A stretch of DNA of 20,000 nt from an uncultured virus (IMG/VR IMGVR_UViG_3300037156_000055) (IMGVR_UViG_3300037156_000055), one strand, 5' to 3'. Positions 1-7,654 are shown, counted from the first letter of the stretch. Notes: generated by a model not told the origin, from the sequence alone. Translations and numbers: made by a program.

Positions 1-68
1 TGTAGGCCCTACTTTGCGGGCCGATACCAAGGACGGTATGAAAGCACTAATCAGAGAGGCAATAGCTA

Positions 69-191
69 ATGCTAACTAAGACTGTTCAAGTGAAACGCTA
101 CAAGCTTACACGCTATCGGCACCTGTCTAATGAGACAGGTGCCTATGTTAGTTACTACCTGGAAGTTCCTTGGTATCCCGGTGTTCGTTAG
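69..191 (+). CDS. small hypothetical protein (40 aa, MLTKTVQVKRYKL...)
   Basis: Manually translated ORF, not in the track. TAATG stop/start overlap and GAGG upstream; fills the gap before 207. Confidence 0.5.
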   Translation: MLTKTVQVKRYKLTRYRHLSNETGAYVSYYLEVPWYPGVR

Positions 192-192
192 T

Positions 193-381
193 AAGGTTGT
201 GAACGTATGAATTACATTATTCTTGGCCTTTTTGATACACTAGAAGGGTGCAGTCTATACTGGTCTAATGACAATGGATGGGTAGACCGTGATTCCGCTA
301 CTGTGTTTTCTCAGTTAGAACGTGATACGTTCGACCTTCCCCTTGAAGCTATAGGTTGGATGAAAGGTTGTGAACGTATGA
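193..381 (+). repeat. 18-bp direct repeat AAGGTTGTGAACGTATGA (193-210 and 364-381) containing RBS-like AAGG plus ATG
   Basis: Exact match seen in sequence; the two ATGs (207, 378) are in the same frame. Confidence 0.9.
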
Positions 382-659
382 CTACTCTTGAGTTAGTGGA
401 GGCATACGAGTATGCTGAACGTCGGCAAACGGATCATTATTACTACTGCTCAGACCAAAGGGATGAAGTAGGGTGTGATACCTGCGCCCGTAATAGTGAC
501 GAGGTTTACGCGGCCCGGAAAGCTATGAATGCTTCACCGGCCGCTAAGGAACTATACAATAGTGAAGAACGCAGGGCATACCGTCGCGCCGATGCCCTAG
601 CTTCTTCTCCCTACCACATTCACGACAACGATGCTGCATATGAAAGTGAGAATAGCTAA
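207..659 (+). CDS. hypothetical phage protein (possible second start at 378)
   Basis: 150-aa ORF with RBS-like AAGG; TAATG coupling to the next gene. Confidence 0.7.
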   Translation: MNYIILGLFDTLEGCSLYWSNDNGWVDRDSATVFSQLERDTFDLPLEAIGWMKGCERMTTLELVEAYEYAERRQTDHYYYCSDQRDEVGCDTCARNSDEVYAARKAMNASPAAKELYNSEERRAYRRADALASSPYHIHDNDAAYESENS

Positions 660-1024
660 TGCAAATTTCTGTAGTCATTACTGTCACCGGGGAAATGCTC
701 GGTGCTGCTATGTGTTCCGCCGTTGAAGGTGGATCGACATACTGGTGCAGTGACATTCTCATACCGGAAGAAATTGCAGACAAGTATACCCATTGGTACT
801 ACGACGAGAAGTTTTGGGAAGAGGAAACCTGCGGCTTTGACGTAACGGATGCCGAAGAAGGTAAGATTATCACTGTTACTCGTACCGCTATTGCTAAGGG
901 CGTGAAAATCATGGCAGAGAAGTACCCGGATCATTTCAATGACATGGTTAAGATGGAAGGGGATGCTAATACCGGGGACGTGTTACTTCAATGCATGACG
1001 TTTGGGGAGGTTGTATACGGATGA
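659..1024 (+). CDS. hypothetical phage protein (acidic; C-terminal DAxxxDxxLQxxxFGEVVYG)
   Basis: 121-aa ORF coupled at both ends. The C-terminal motif resembles a recurrent uncharacterised phage family (from recall only). Confidence 0.8.
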   Translation: MQISVVITVTGEMLGAAMCSAVEGGSTYWCSDILIPEEIADKYTHWYYDEKFWEEETCGFDVTDAEEGKIITVTRTAIAKGVKIMAEKYPDHFNDMVKMEGDANTGDVLLQCMTFGEVVYG

Positions 1025-1257
1025 AAGTCTATACTGTAATTGAACTTATCGAAGCTTCATACTCACCTATTAGCCTACGTGTTTTTCGTGATAAATATAA
1101 AGCTCGCGAATTGTTTTATGCTTGCATGAAAGAGAATGATGCGCCCGAGGAAATTGGCGACCTTGCAGGTGCCAATGTTTGCTGCAGCACTATATTCTTC
1201 GCCTATACCGATGACTACTCAGTGTCACTTATCGAAAGTGAACTGGACGATGGCTAG
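1021..1257 (+). CDS. hypothetical protein
   Basis: ATGA overlap with the previous stop and GGAGG upstream support a start at 1021 rather than 991. Confidence 0.75.
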   Translation: MKVYTVIELIEASYSPISLRVFRDKYKARELFYACMKENDAPEEIGDLAGANVCCSTIFFAYTDDYSVSLIESELDDG

Positions 1258-1408
1258 GCGTTCGCAACATACACTTACACATGGGCCTTGGTGTCCGTTC
1301 TATGAAGGCCCGATGAACCTTGACTGGTGGCGGGCGTACTACACTAGTAGAGGACGCAGCGACATTACTAACTATAAACCAAAGGAGCAATTATCGTTAT
1401 GTCTATAA
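1250..1408 (+). CDS. small hypothetical protein (52 aa)
   Basis: ATG at 1250 overlaps the previous stop; 3' part of track ORF 1136..1408. Confidence 0.55.
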   Translation: MARRSQHTLTHGPWCPFYEGPMNLDWWRAYYTSRGRSDITNYKPKEQLSLCL

Positions 1409-1596
1409 AAGTCAACGGACACAAGACTGACGCTTGTATCCTTGCGTATGGTAATGTATCGGACGGCTTCGGTTTCATCGGGCCGTTCGCAACCCCTAAC
1501 GAAGCTATAGAATACGCGCAGGACTCTCGTCTAGATAAGGATGGATCATGGCATACGGTACCGCTAGATAAGCCGGTGTATGATGAAGCGAGTTGA
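1399..1596 (+). CDS. hypothetical protein
   Basis: 65-aa ORF with AAGGAG RBS. Confidence 0.75.
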   Translation: MSIKVNGHKTDACILAYGNVSDGFGFIGPFATPNEAIEYAQDSRLDKDGSWHTVPLDKPVYDEAS

Positions 1597-1672
1597 AGTT
1601 GCTATCTGTACTATACTTATCATAGCCGGATTCCTCATACTCGCTATATTTCTACCTACTGCGCCACAATGA
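1580..1672 (+). CDS. small membrane peptide (MMKRVEVAICTILIIAGFLILAIFLPTAPQ)
   Basis: Manual translation; one hydrophobic stretch; fills the gap between neighbouring genes. Confidence 0.5.
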   Translation: MMKRVEVAICTILIIAGFLILAIFLPTAPQ

Positions 1673-1684
1673 AAGGCCGAGAAC

Positions 1685-1939
1685 ATGGAAACGAGTAACC
1701 ACTACTACGCTGAAAGCGAAGGCATCTTATACGCTGATACTCCTTGGGGTCGCATCTGCGTAGGATTCAACGAGTCTGAGGCTATCGAAGGACAGTTAAT
1801 CACGCCTATCGTTAACGGGCCCGATCAACGCTTCTTATTTACAATCTATAATTGCGTCGGCAGCGAGGATGAGGAAGTTTTGATTAACGCAGCAGAGGAA
1901 GGCTATCAGCAGTACCTTGCAGAGAGGGCATTACTGTGA
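1685..1939 (+). CDS. hypothetical protein (acidic)
   Basis: 84-aa ORF, GAAAGG RBS, GTGA overlap with the next gene. Confidence 0.75.
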   Translation: METSNHYYAESEGILYADTPWGRICVGFNESEAIEGQLITPIVNGPDQRFLFTIYNCVGSEDEEVLINAAEEGYQQYLAERALL

Positions 1940-2163
1940 CGTTATACTGTAACGATTGCGGGGAAGGATTCATCCCGCCCGGCGATCCTGACCTGTACCA
2001 AATGACGAGTAGCTGCATCTGTCCTAGTTGTCTGCATGAAGCAGGCGACTGTATTCGTAGCTATAATGCTTGCGAGTTCTGCCGGGCTAAGCATAAGGAC
2101 CATGACGAGAAAGTATTCTACTGCTGGTTCTGCCAGCATAAGGAGGACTATGAAAGTAGCTAA
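1936..2163 (+). CDS. Cys/His-rich putative zinc-binding protein
   Basis: Four CxxC pairs in 75 aa; overlaps neighbours at both ends. Confidence 0.7.
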   Translation: MTLYCNDCGEGFIPPGDPDLYQMTSSCICPSCLHEAGDCIRSYNACEFCRAKHKDHDEKVFYCWFCQHKEDYESS

Positions 2164-3181
2164 AGACCCCGATGCATACGACGAAGAGACTGAGGGCTTC
2201 GGGGTTAAGTCTGAGCCCGTCATTACTGACGAGTTAGTAGCTGAAATTAAAGCGGCGCTAGACAATCCGAGTAACATACCCTATACTAACAAAGCTCCTC
2301 AGGAGCAGAAAGAAACCCCTATGGCTGAAAAAGTTAAGATCGACAACAGTAAGATTCGAGAACTGGACCCCCGCATCCTTAAGGTGCAACAGGGCTTCAA
2401 TGCCCGTGACTATTCCACTAAAAGTAATATCGCTCATGTTAATGACCTCGCTGCCTCTATCAAAGAGGTTGGGGTACTTGAGTCCTTGGTTATCCGTTAT
2501 GAGCCTAAGACGGGTGAGTATTTCGTAGTCGGCGGCGAATCACGCCTTCGTGCTACGTTGCAAGCTATCAAGGATGGCGCACCTATTAAGACGGTGCCGG
2601 TAACCTTCGAAAAGAAAGGTACTAACACCGAGGACCGCCTTGCAGAGCAGATGCTCCGCAACGAAGGCAAGCAATTCGAGATTCTGGAACAGGCACATAT
2701 CTTCCAACAGCTTGCGAAGTTCGGTTGGAAGGATCAAGAGATTGCTAAGAAAACCGGCAAGACGGGACCGTTCGTTGGTTCAGTCCTCAAGCTTGCAGCA
2801 GCACCAGCTAAACTCAAGAAGCTAATTAGCGACGGTCAAGTTAGTGCTACCCTTGCCATTGATATTCTTCGCGGGCAAGAGTTTGACTTCGAGAAAGCAT
2901 ATGCAGCCCTCTCCGATGCTATCGCTACGGCGGCGGCAACCGGCAAGAATAAAGCAACCGCAAAGCATGTTGATCCCAAAGCGAAGAAAGCTAAAGCTGA
3001 AACGGGCACACCTCTTCACTTCCAACGCACTATCGTTAAGACGTTCATCGACGTACTCGCAGAGATTGCAGCCGATACCTCGCTTACCCGTGGTATCCGC
3101 AGCAAGTGCAAAGACGTACTTGAGAACGCAGACGTAGACGCTAAGGAATGGCTCAAAGAGAACGAAGAGGGCGAAAGATGA
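2150..3181 (+). CDS. ParB-like protein (ParB/Srx N-terminal domain plus helix-turn-helix)
   Basis: GFNAR..., LAASIKEVGVLESLVI, VVGGESRLRA (GxxRxxA box), then HTH-like GWKDQEIAKKTGKTGPFVGSVLKL. Start placed at 2150 because of AGGAGG at 2141-2146; 2321 is an alternative. Confidence 0.85.
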   Translation: MKVAKDPDAYDEETEGFGVKSEPVITDELVAEIKAALDNPSNIPYTNKAPQEQKETPMAEKVKIDNSKIRELDPRILKVQQGFNARDYSTKSNIAHVNDLAASIKEVGVLESLVIRYEPKTGEYFVVGGESRLRATLQAIKDGAPIKTVPVTFEKKGTNTEDRLAEQMLRNEGKQFEILEQAHIFQQLAKFGWKDQEIAKKTGKTGPFVGSVLKLAAAPAKLKKLISDGQVSATLAIDILRGQEFDFEKAYAALSDAIATAAATGKNKATAKHVDPKAKKAKAETGTPLHFQRTIVKTFIDVLAEIAADTSLTRGIRSKCKDVLENADVDAKEWLKENEEGER

Positions 3182-3315
3182 ATAACCAACCGTCGATTGC
3201 AAGCGAGGTCTTTAAGGGCCTCTTCCTATTCTTCATCATGCTACCTGTTTGCCTATTCACCTTCATTGCCATACTCGGAGCTATATTCAACTGCCCCGCC
3301 TGCTATGGAGGATAA
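3178..3315 (+). CDS. small membrane protein (45 aa)
   Basis: ATGA overlap with the ParB-like stop; hydrophobic segment GLFLFFIMLPVCLFTFIAILGAIF. Confidence 0.6.
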   Translation: MNNQPSIASEVFKGLFLFFIMLPVCLFTFIAILGAIFNCPACYGG

Positions 3316-3403
3316 GTGATATCTTATTGCATCCGTTGTGGCGACGAAAAGAACTCGCCCCACCGGCACCCAATACTGCTGGCATTGCTTAAAGGGCAAA
3401 TAA
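3316..3403 (+). pseudogene. zinc-ribbon microprotein split across a +1 frame change
   Basis: GGAGG RBS and GTG start give MISYCIRCGDEKNSP; the +1 frame continues TGTQYCWHCLKGK*. Confidence 0.35.
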
Positions 3404-3404
3404 G

Positions 3405-3510
3405 GCCCTAGGACGAGTTCGTGCCCCTCCGGGGGTACAATTCCCTATCCCACTACCTAACGTCGCTCACAGAGGCCAGGAATGGCCTTTCTGGGCATCC
3501 TAGAGAGAAT
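3405..3510 (+). repeat. 106-bp dispersed element, copy A (inverted relative to copy B)
   Basis: Gapless alignment to the reverse complement of 8523-8628; 67/106 identical by manual count, including a 15-bp and an 11-bp exact block. Confidence 0.85.
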
Positions 3511-3514
3511 TGAA

Positions 3515-3829
3515 ATGAAGAACTTTGATTCATGGTTGACTCACGATCCTGCGTCTGATTTTGAACTGCCCGAATTTCCTTTCGGGACGGTTGCATATAT
3601 CACGCACGACGATTACCTGCCAGCGATGAAAACTGGAACAAAAGTTATCATTCTTCGTATCTCTGAAAACGATATGTATGACTATGAAATAGCACTGATA
3701 AATCTAGATGGGGATTGTGAAACAACTTTTGTTCGCTATGGCGACATAAACGTTCCTGATCCGCGTATCGACTACACCTGTTCAGGTTGTAGTAACTATC
3801 CATGTTGTTGTGAGGACTTCAATGAGTAA
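3515..3829 (+). CDS. hypothetical protein with C-terminal Cys cluster
   Basis: Track ORF 3482..3829; start moved to 3515 because 3482-3510 lies inside the repeat element. Confidence 0.7.
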   Translation: MKNFDSWLTHDPASDFELPEFPFGTVAYITHDDYLPAMKTGTKVIILRISENDMYDYEIALINLDGDCETTFVRYGDINVPDPRIDYTCSGCSNYPCCCEDFNE

Positions 3830-3855
3830 GGCAACCCAACGAAACGAGGAATGTA

Positions 3856-4110
3856 ATGAAAGTTAGTGTCACGTTTAATGTTAGTGATTACGAACGGTAT
3901 CAGCTTGCATACTATAATCACCGCCAAGAATTTAGTCGTTCCGATTGGAACGCTAACCCGCGCAAAGCAACACGCGCTGAAATTGTCGATGCTATTGAAA
4001 GTGCTTGGGACAACGAAGGCTTAGTTATTGGTGATGAGTGTCCTAATTTCAATGATGACGGAACGACCGACCCGTTAAGGAGTGGAGACAATGAGGAGGA
4101 TGGTGAATGA
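3856..4110 (+). CDS. hypothetical protein
   Basis: 84-aa ORF, GAGGA RBS. Confidence 0.75.
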   Translation: MKVSVTFNVSDYERYQLAYYNHRQEFSRSDWNANPRKATRAEIVDAIESAWDNEGLVIGDECPNFNDDGTTDPLRSGDNEEDGE

Positions 4111-4319
4111 GTAAGGCTGCATCTATATTTTTTGGGCTTGTTAGTTGGTTCTTGCAAGGCCGCAAAGTGCCGCGCTTGCACTATACTGAGACATTAGTGA
4201 ACCAGATCAATGCTGCGTGGTTCTCTGGCGAGAGCGGGCCACGAAGCACAGACTTCCCGCAATCACCATCTAAAGCTGCAATACGCAGGGTTCTTCTTCT
4301 AGCAGAAAGGTTACAATGA
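4107..4319 (+). CDS. hypothetical protein
   Basis: 70-aa ORF with ATGA overlaps at both ends. Confidence 0.65.
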   Translation: MSKAASIFFGLVSWFLQGRKVPRLHYTETLVNQINAAWFSGESGPRSTDFPQSPSKAAIRRVLLLAERLQ

Positions 4320-4465
4320 CTGACAAGCTCAATGAAGAATTGCGGGCAGACCTCAAGAAGCTCCCTGAAGTAGAACTAGAACATGACGCAGGTAACGTAC
4401 ACATAGACTTGGATATTAAACCTGCTACCGAGTCAATCCAAGTGAAAGCGACTATCAAGCTATGA
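4316..4465 (+). CDS. small hypothetical protein (49 aa, MTDKLNEELRADL...)
   Basis: Manual translation; GAAAGG RBS; ATGA overlaps at both ends. Confidence 0.65.
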   Translation: MTDKLNEELRADLKKLPEVELEHDAGNVHIDLDIKPATESIQVKATIKL

Positions 4466-5238
4466 ACTTTGAAGAATACCTCGACTTCCTAACGGAGTCG
4501 AATATGAGCATCCACACCATTAACGACTACCGCAGTACATACAAGCGGTTCTTTGCTCATGGTAGTATGAATGAAGGACACATTCGTTCATTCCTAATGA
4601 TTGCTAAGAGTGCAACTACTAAGCGCAAGTACATCGTTCAGTTGAAGAGTCTGTGCAACTTCTTCAACACCAAGATTGACTGGAAGAAAATCCCCTCACC
4701 CAAAGTTAGACAAGAAGCTCCTCTCACGCTTACAGAACAGCATGAACGTCGAATCTATGACTACATGGAATACCGGGATCACAAGAGTGCGAAGATGTTC
4801 TCGTTTCTCTTAGAGACTGGCCTGCGTATCTCTGAATTAGAAGGACTCGGCCCCGATCACTACAAGAAGGTAGAGACTGCGGCGGGCAAGTTCTACCACG
4901 CTCTAAAGATCGACACAAGTATGGATACCCATAGTATCAATGGCCGGTGGGTGCCATTGTCAGTCACCGCCCGGCACATCATCGAGGAATTCGGGCTACC
5001 ATTCAACATCGACCGACGCAGGTTCAACGATCTACTTATCTCAGCACGTACATCACTCAAGTTGCCTGACTACAAAATCCATTCACTACGCAAAACTTTT
5101 ATGTCTCGCTGCCTCAAACGCAAGATGGACGTAGTAACGATTGCCAACATAATGGGACATAAGCAAGTAAACACGATGTTGGTATATGCTGATAGAGAAC
5201 TCGAAACGGTCTGTGACGCCTTCAACGAGGCAGCATAA
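4462..5238 (+). CDS. tyrosine recombinase (XerC/D-like, no arm-binding domain)
   Basis: Catalytic motifs TGLRISEL (R), HSLR (HxxR), MGH (H) and TMLVY (Y); N-terminal core-binding helices (SIHTINDY); 258 aa. Confidence 0.92.
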   Translation: MNFEEYLDFLTESNMSIHTINDYRSTYKRFFAHGSMNEGHIRSFLMIAKSATTKRKYIVQLKSLCNFFNTKIDWKKIPSPKVRQEAPLTLTEQHERRIYDYMEYRDHKSAKMFSFLLETGLRISELEGLGPDHYKKVETAAGKFYHALKIDTSMDTHSINGRWVPLSVTARHIIEEFGLPFNIDRRRFNDLLISARTSLKLPDYKIHSLRKTFMSRCLKRKMDVVTIANIMGHKQVNTMLVYADRELETVCDAFNEAA

Positions 5239-5305
5239 AATAAATGTCATATAACAAATTAGGCCAACCTCAAAACGAGCATTGTTCCTTATGTGAGGTA
5301 GTAAA

Positions 5306-5596
5306 ATGAAGGCGTTGTCGTGCCCCGAGTGCCATAAGATATATGGCCCCTCCGTTACCGAGTGCCGCATGTGCAACTATTTCGCTGACGCACGCAAGCA
5401 GAAGCACGATGATGGATTCTTCACAATGAAACTTCACCGATCAGATGCGGAGGCCGTTCAGCGTGCGCTCTATCTCATGCGCGAGAAGCCGGTTTGGGAG
5501 CGAGCGTCGTCGGTCGTTGAGGGCTGGCTCGGGATAGAATCCACATTCGAGCGGATCATCCACGCGGCCAAATGCGCGTTCGAGGTTAAAGCGTGA
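5306..5596 (+). CDS. hypothetical protein with N-terminal zinc ribbon
   Basis: CPEC...CRMC; GAGGT RBS. Confidence 0.75.
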   Translation: MKALSCPECHKIYGPSVTECRMCNYFADARKQKHDDGFFTMKLHRSDAEAVQRALYLMREKPVWERASSVVEGWLGIESTFERIIHAAKCAFEVKA

Positions 5597-5649
5597 AAGA
5601 ACGATACGATTACAATGCCATACAGTTGGCATACTGAAAGGAAATAATC

Positions 5650-5889
5650 ATGGCGAGGATCAGCCTCTACTCTCAGTACTGCGCCGAACAGCGGCAACGT
5701 AAAATCACCAATGCCCAACGCGCAGGCAATGTCTTCTGGACCTTAGGAGCTATGCTTACAGGTCAGATCAAATCAGGACACGGTGACGGTGGCTTTGGTG
5801 GCCTTCATAACCCAATGAGCTACAGCACCTTCCTCTTCATATTCGTCATCGCTCCGATCCTGATTTTCATTACATTAGTATTGCACTAA
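5650..5889 (+). CDS. hypothetical membrane protein
   Basis: AAGGA RBS; C-terminal hydrophobic helix FLFIFVIAPILIFITLVL. Confidence 0.7.
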   Translation: MARISLYSQYCAEQRQRKITNAQRAGNVFWTLGAMLTGQIKSGHGDGGFGGLHNPMSYSTFLFIFVIAPILIFITLVLH

Positions 5890-5910
5890 GTGTTTGGAAG
5901 TCTTTACAAT
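5881..5910 (+). promoter_or_regulatory. sigma70-like promoter (TTGCAC-N18-TACAAT)
   Basis: -35 at 5881-5886 and -10 at 5905-5910; predicted TSS ~5916 coincides with the start of the structured region. Confidence 0.6.
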
Positions 5911-5915
5911 GAGTG

Positions 5916-6302
5916 GTTGAATGCAGACAGGGGAACTTAAGTAGATGAACTAACTTGCCAAAATGCCGGTAAAAGGAATTGCTGGCATTGCGAATGACCT
6001 CGTTATGAGGACGTTCTTCTTAGGCTATTCGCCTAGAGGTTGGTCTGCTTTGGTGGATTTTTCTGTAGATCAAGTATGTCTTTACAAATTACTGCACGTT
6101 CGGATATTTGACTTCCTTGCCGTCAATCGCAAACCGGGGGCAATCATTTATTGGGAGCCCATTGAACTTGATCCGCGTGAGGCGTGGATACCTGAGGACC
6201 CAATGGAAGTCGAACTCACGGAACTGCGAGTATTACGCCTCGCACGAATAGCATGAAGCAAAATGAGCCGCCCTTTAGCAGGCGGCTTTCATTTCTTTTT
6301 TT
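5916..6302 (+). ncRNA. unassigned ~385-nt structured ncRNA
   Basis: At least 10 helices found by eye, a 5'-3' closing stem, an upstream promoter and a downstream terminator (see findings). Confidence 0.65.
6261..6302 (+). terminator. Rho-independent terminator
   Basis: AAATGA-GCCGCC-loop-GGCGGC-TT-TCATTT hairpin followed by T7 at 6296-6302. Confidence 0.85.
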
Positions 6303-6320
6303 GAAAGTAAGTAACACATA

Positions 6321-6572
6321 ATGCGTCCACTTATACTAGGCGATGAAGATCGCGCCGACCTGCTATTTGCAGTCAGGCGCTATCAGGAATGGAATGATGA
6401 CGAGAACTTCGGTAAGATTGTAGACGAAGTTGAACGCATTGCTGAGAAACATGCGGCTGCACAACATAGGCAAACGTCAACGCATGGACTAGGTGCATGT
6501 ACGTGCGTTAAGTTCGGGGCCGCTGGAAATGGCCTTTGGGATTCTAGTGGTTGCGGAGTACACGGAGACTAA
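6321..6572 (+). CDS. hypothetical protein
   Basis: 83-aa ORF with C-terminal HxxxxCxC...CxxH; abuts the next gene. Confidence 0.7.
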   Translation: MRPLILGDEDRADLLFAVRRYQEWNDDENFGKIVDEVERIAEKHAAAQHRQTSTHGLGACTCVKFGAAGNGLWDSSGCGVHGD

Positions 6573-6962
6573 ATGGAGATAGGATCGAAACATTTACGCG
6601 GGTTTGACTATGCAAGGCTAGGATCACAACGATCAGACTTCCCTGCAACACGTAAATGTGTGGGGGCAGCTTATGTTGATGGCCCGCGAATTATTATTGC
6701 ATCCAACATGCTAAAGACGGCCCCAATAGCAAAGCGTTACGGCAGCATTTACGAACGCATCCATGCGGAGATGAATTGCCTCCAAGGGATCGATGATCCC
6801 TCTGGCGGCGAACTCTATGTATACCGAGAAACGGCTAATGGAAATACCGCTATGGCTCGCCCATGTGAATTCTGCATGAAGCTACTAATAGAACGTGGTT
6901 GTCGCCACGTATATTTCACTACCAACACAGGGTACGAATACCTTGACACACGGAGTCTCTAA
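6573..6962 (+). CDS. cytidine/deoxycytidylate deaminase-family Zn-binding protein
   Basis: VGAA, HAE and PCxxC (IHAEMNCL...ARPCEFC) signature motifs. Confidence 0.88.
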   Translation: MEIGSKHLRGFDYARLGSQRSDFPATRKCVGAAYVDGPRIIIASNMLKTAPIAKRYGSIYERIHAEMNCLQGIDDPSGGELYVYRETANGNTAMARPCEFCMKLLIERGCRHVYFTTNTGYEYLDTRSL

Positions 6963-7168
6963 TGTTTGAAGGTTTGTTTAGCGATGAGCAACTTGATAAG
7001 GTTCTCAAGGCAGTACACAACGAGATTGATCCAGTTCCGCTAGAAGATCACCGGCGCTACATCAAGCACCTATTCACGACGGCCGAACCAAACTCATATG
7101 AAGAAATGATGATGTCGGCCATACTTGAAAACTACAACAAAGCTTTGAAAGACGCAGGGATACAATGA
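6962..7168 (+). CDS. hypothetical protein
   Basis: 68-aa ORF, GGAG RBS, TAATG coupling. Confidence 0.7.
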   Translation: MFEGLFSDEQLDKVLKAVHNEIDPVPLEDHRRYIKHLFTTAEPNSYEEMMMSAILENYNKALKDAGIQ

Positions 7169-7257
7169 AGACTCTATCCGTAGCGACTAAGATTCGCTGC
7201 TACACATTCTCTCTAGTAAATCACAAACTTCATCTTACCTATGTGGAGAACAAATGA
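7165..7257 (+). CDS. small hypothetical protein (30 aa)
   Basis: ATGA overlaps at both ends; manual translation. Confidence 0.45.
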   Translation: MKTLSVATKIRCYTFSLVNHKLHLTYVENK

Positions 7258-7547
7258 CTCTGCAGCGATACACAATCAACCATGACGAAGAATACCCTGA
7301 TAACAACGGAGAACACGTTCGCTGGAAAGATTTTGAAGAACAACAAGAAGTCTTTGCGGCAGTAATCAACGTTATCAACCAATTCGCAAACGGGGAAGCG
7401 GCAGTAGACGTAGACGAAGAAGAACAATCCGAAGTGGCCCGTGTATTTCAGTTAGCTATTATAAACGTGCAACAAGCGCAAGATCGTCTAGCATCTAAAC
7501 GGATGCTAGAGAAAGTGATGGAGATTCGTGAGTCCAAAGATCGGTGA
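7254..7547 (+). CDS. hypothetical protein
   Basis: 97-aa ORF, GGAG RBS. Confidence 0.75.
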   Translation: MTLQRYTINHDEEYPDNNGEHVRWKDFEEQQEVFAAVINVINQFANGEAAVDVDEEEQSEVARVFQLAIINVQQAQDRLASKRMLEKVMEIRESKDR

Positions 7548-7653
7548 TTGCCCATGCGGGCATCACGCTAGTAATCACCAATGGCGCAGGGTAGGAGATA
7601 CAACGTATTGTCCATGTACCAAATGCAATTGCTCGAACTTTAAGAAAGTATAA
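7528..7653 (+). CDS. zinc-finger microprotein (MSPKIGDCPCGHHASNH...CPCTKCNC)
   Basis: Manual translation; GGAG plus GTG start; CxCGHxxxxH...CxxCxC pattern. Confidence 0.6.
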   Translation: MSPKIGDCPCGHHASNHQWRRVGDTTYCPCTKCNCSNFKKV

Positions 7654-7654
7654 A

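Noticed and set aside
2036..2149. N-terminal extension of the ParB-like ORF
   Set aside because: It overlaps the Cys-rich gene 1936..2163, and the strong AGGAGG RBS points to ATG 2150.
5963..6256. 97-aa + strand ORF in the track
   Set aside because: No clear RBS, no coupling to neighbours (unlike nearly all genes here), no recognisable motif, and it coincides with a densely paired region. Treated as likely spurious, though not excluded.
5916..6302. Assignment to tmRNA, RNase P RNA, group I intron, cobalamin/c-di-AMP riboswitch or retron msr-msd
   Set aside because: No tRNA-like ends or tag peptide, no GAGGAAAGTCC, no P7 R/S elements, only fragmentary riboswitch-like words, and no reverse transcriptase in the window.
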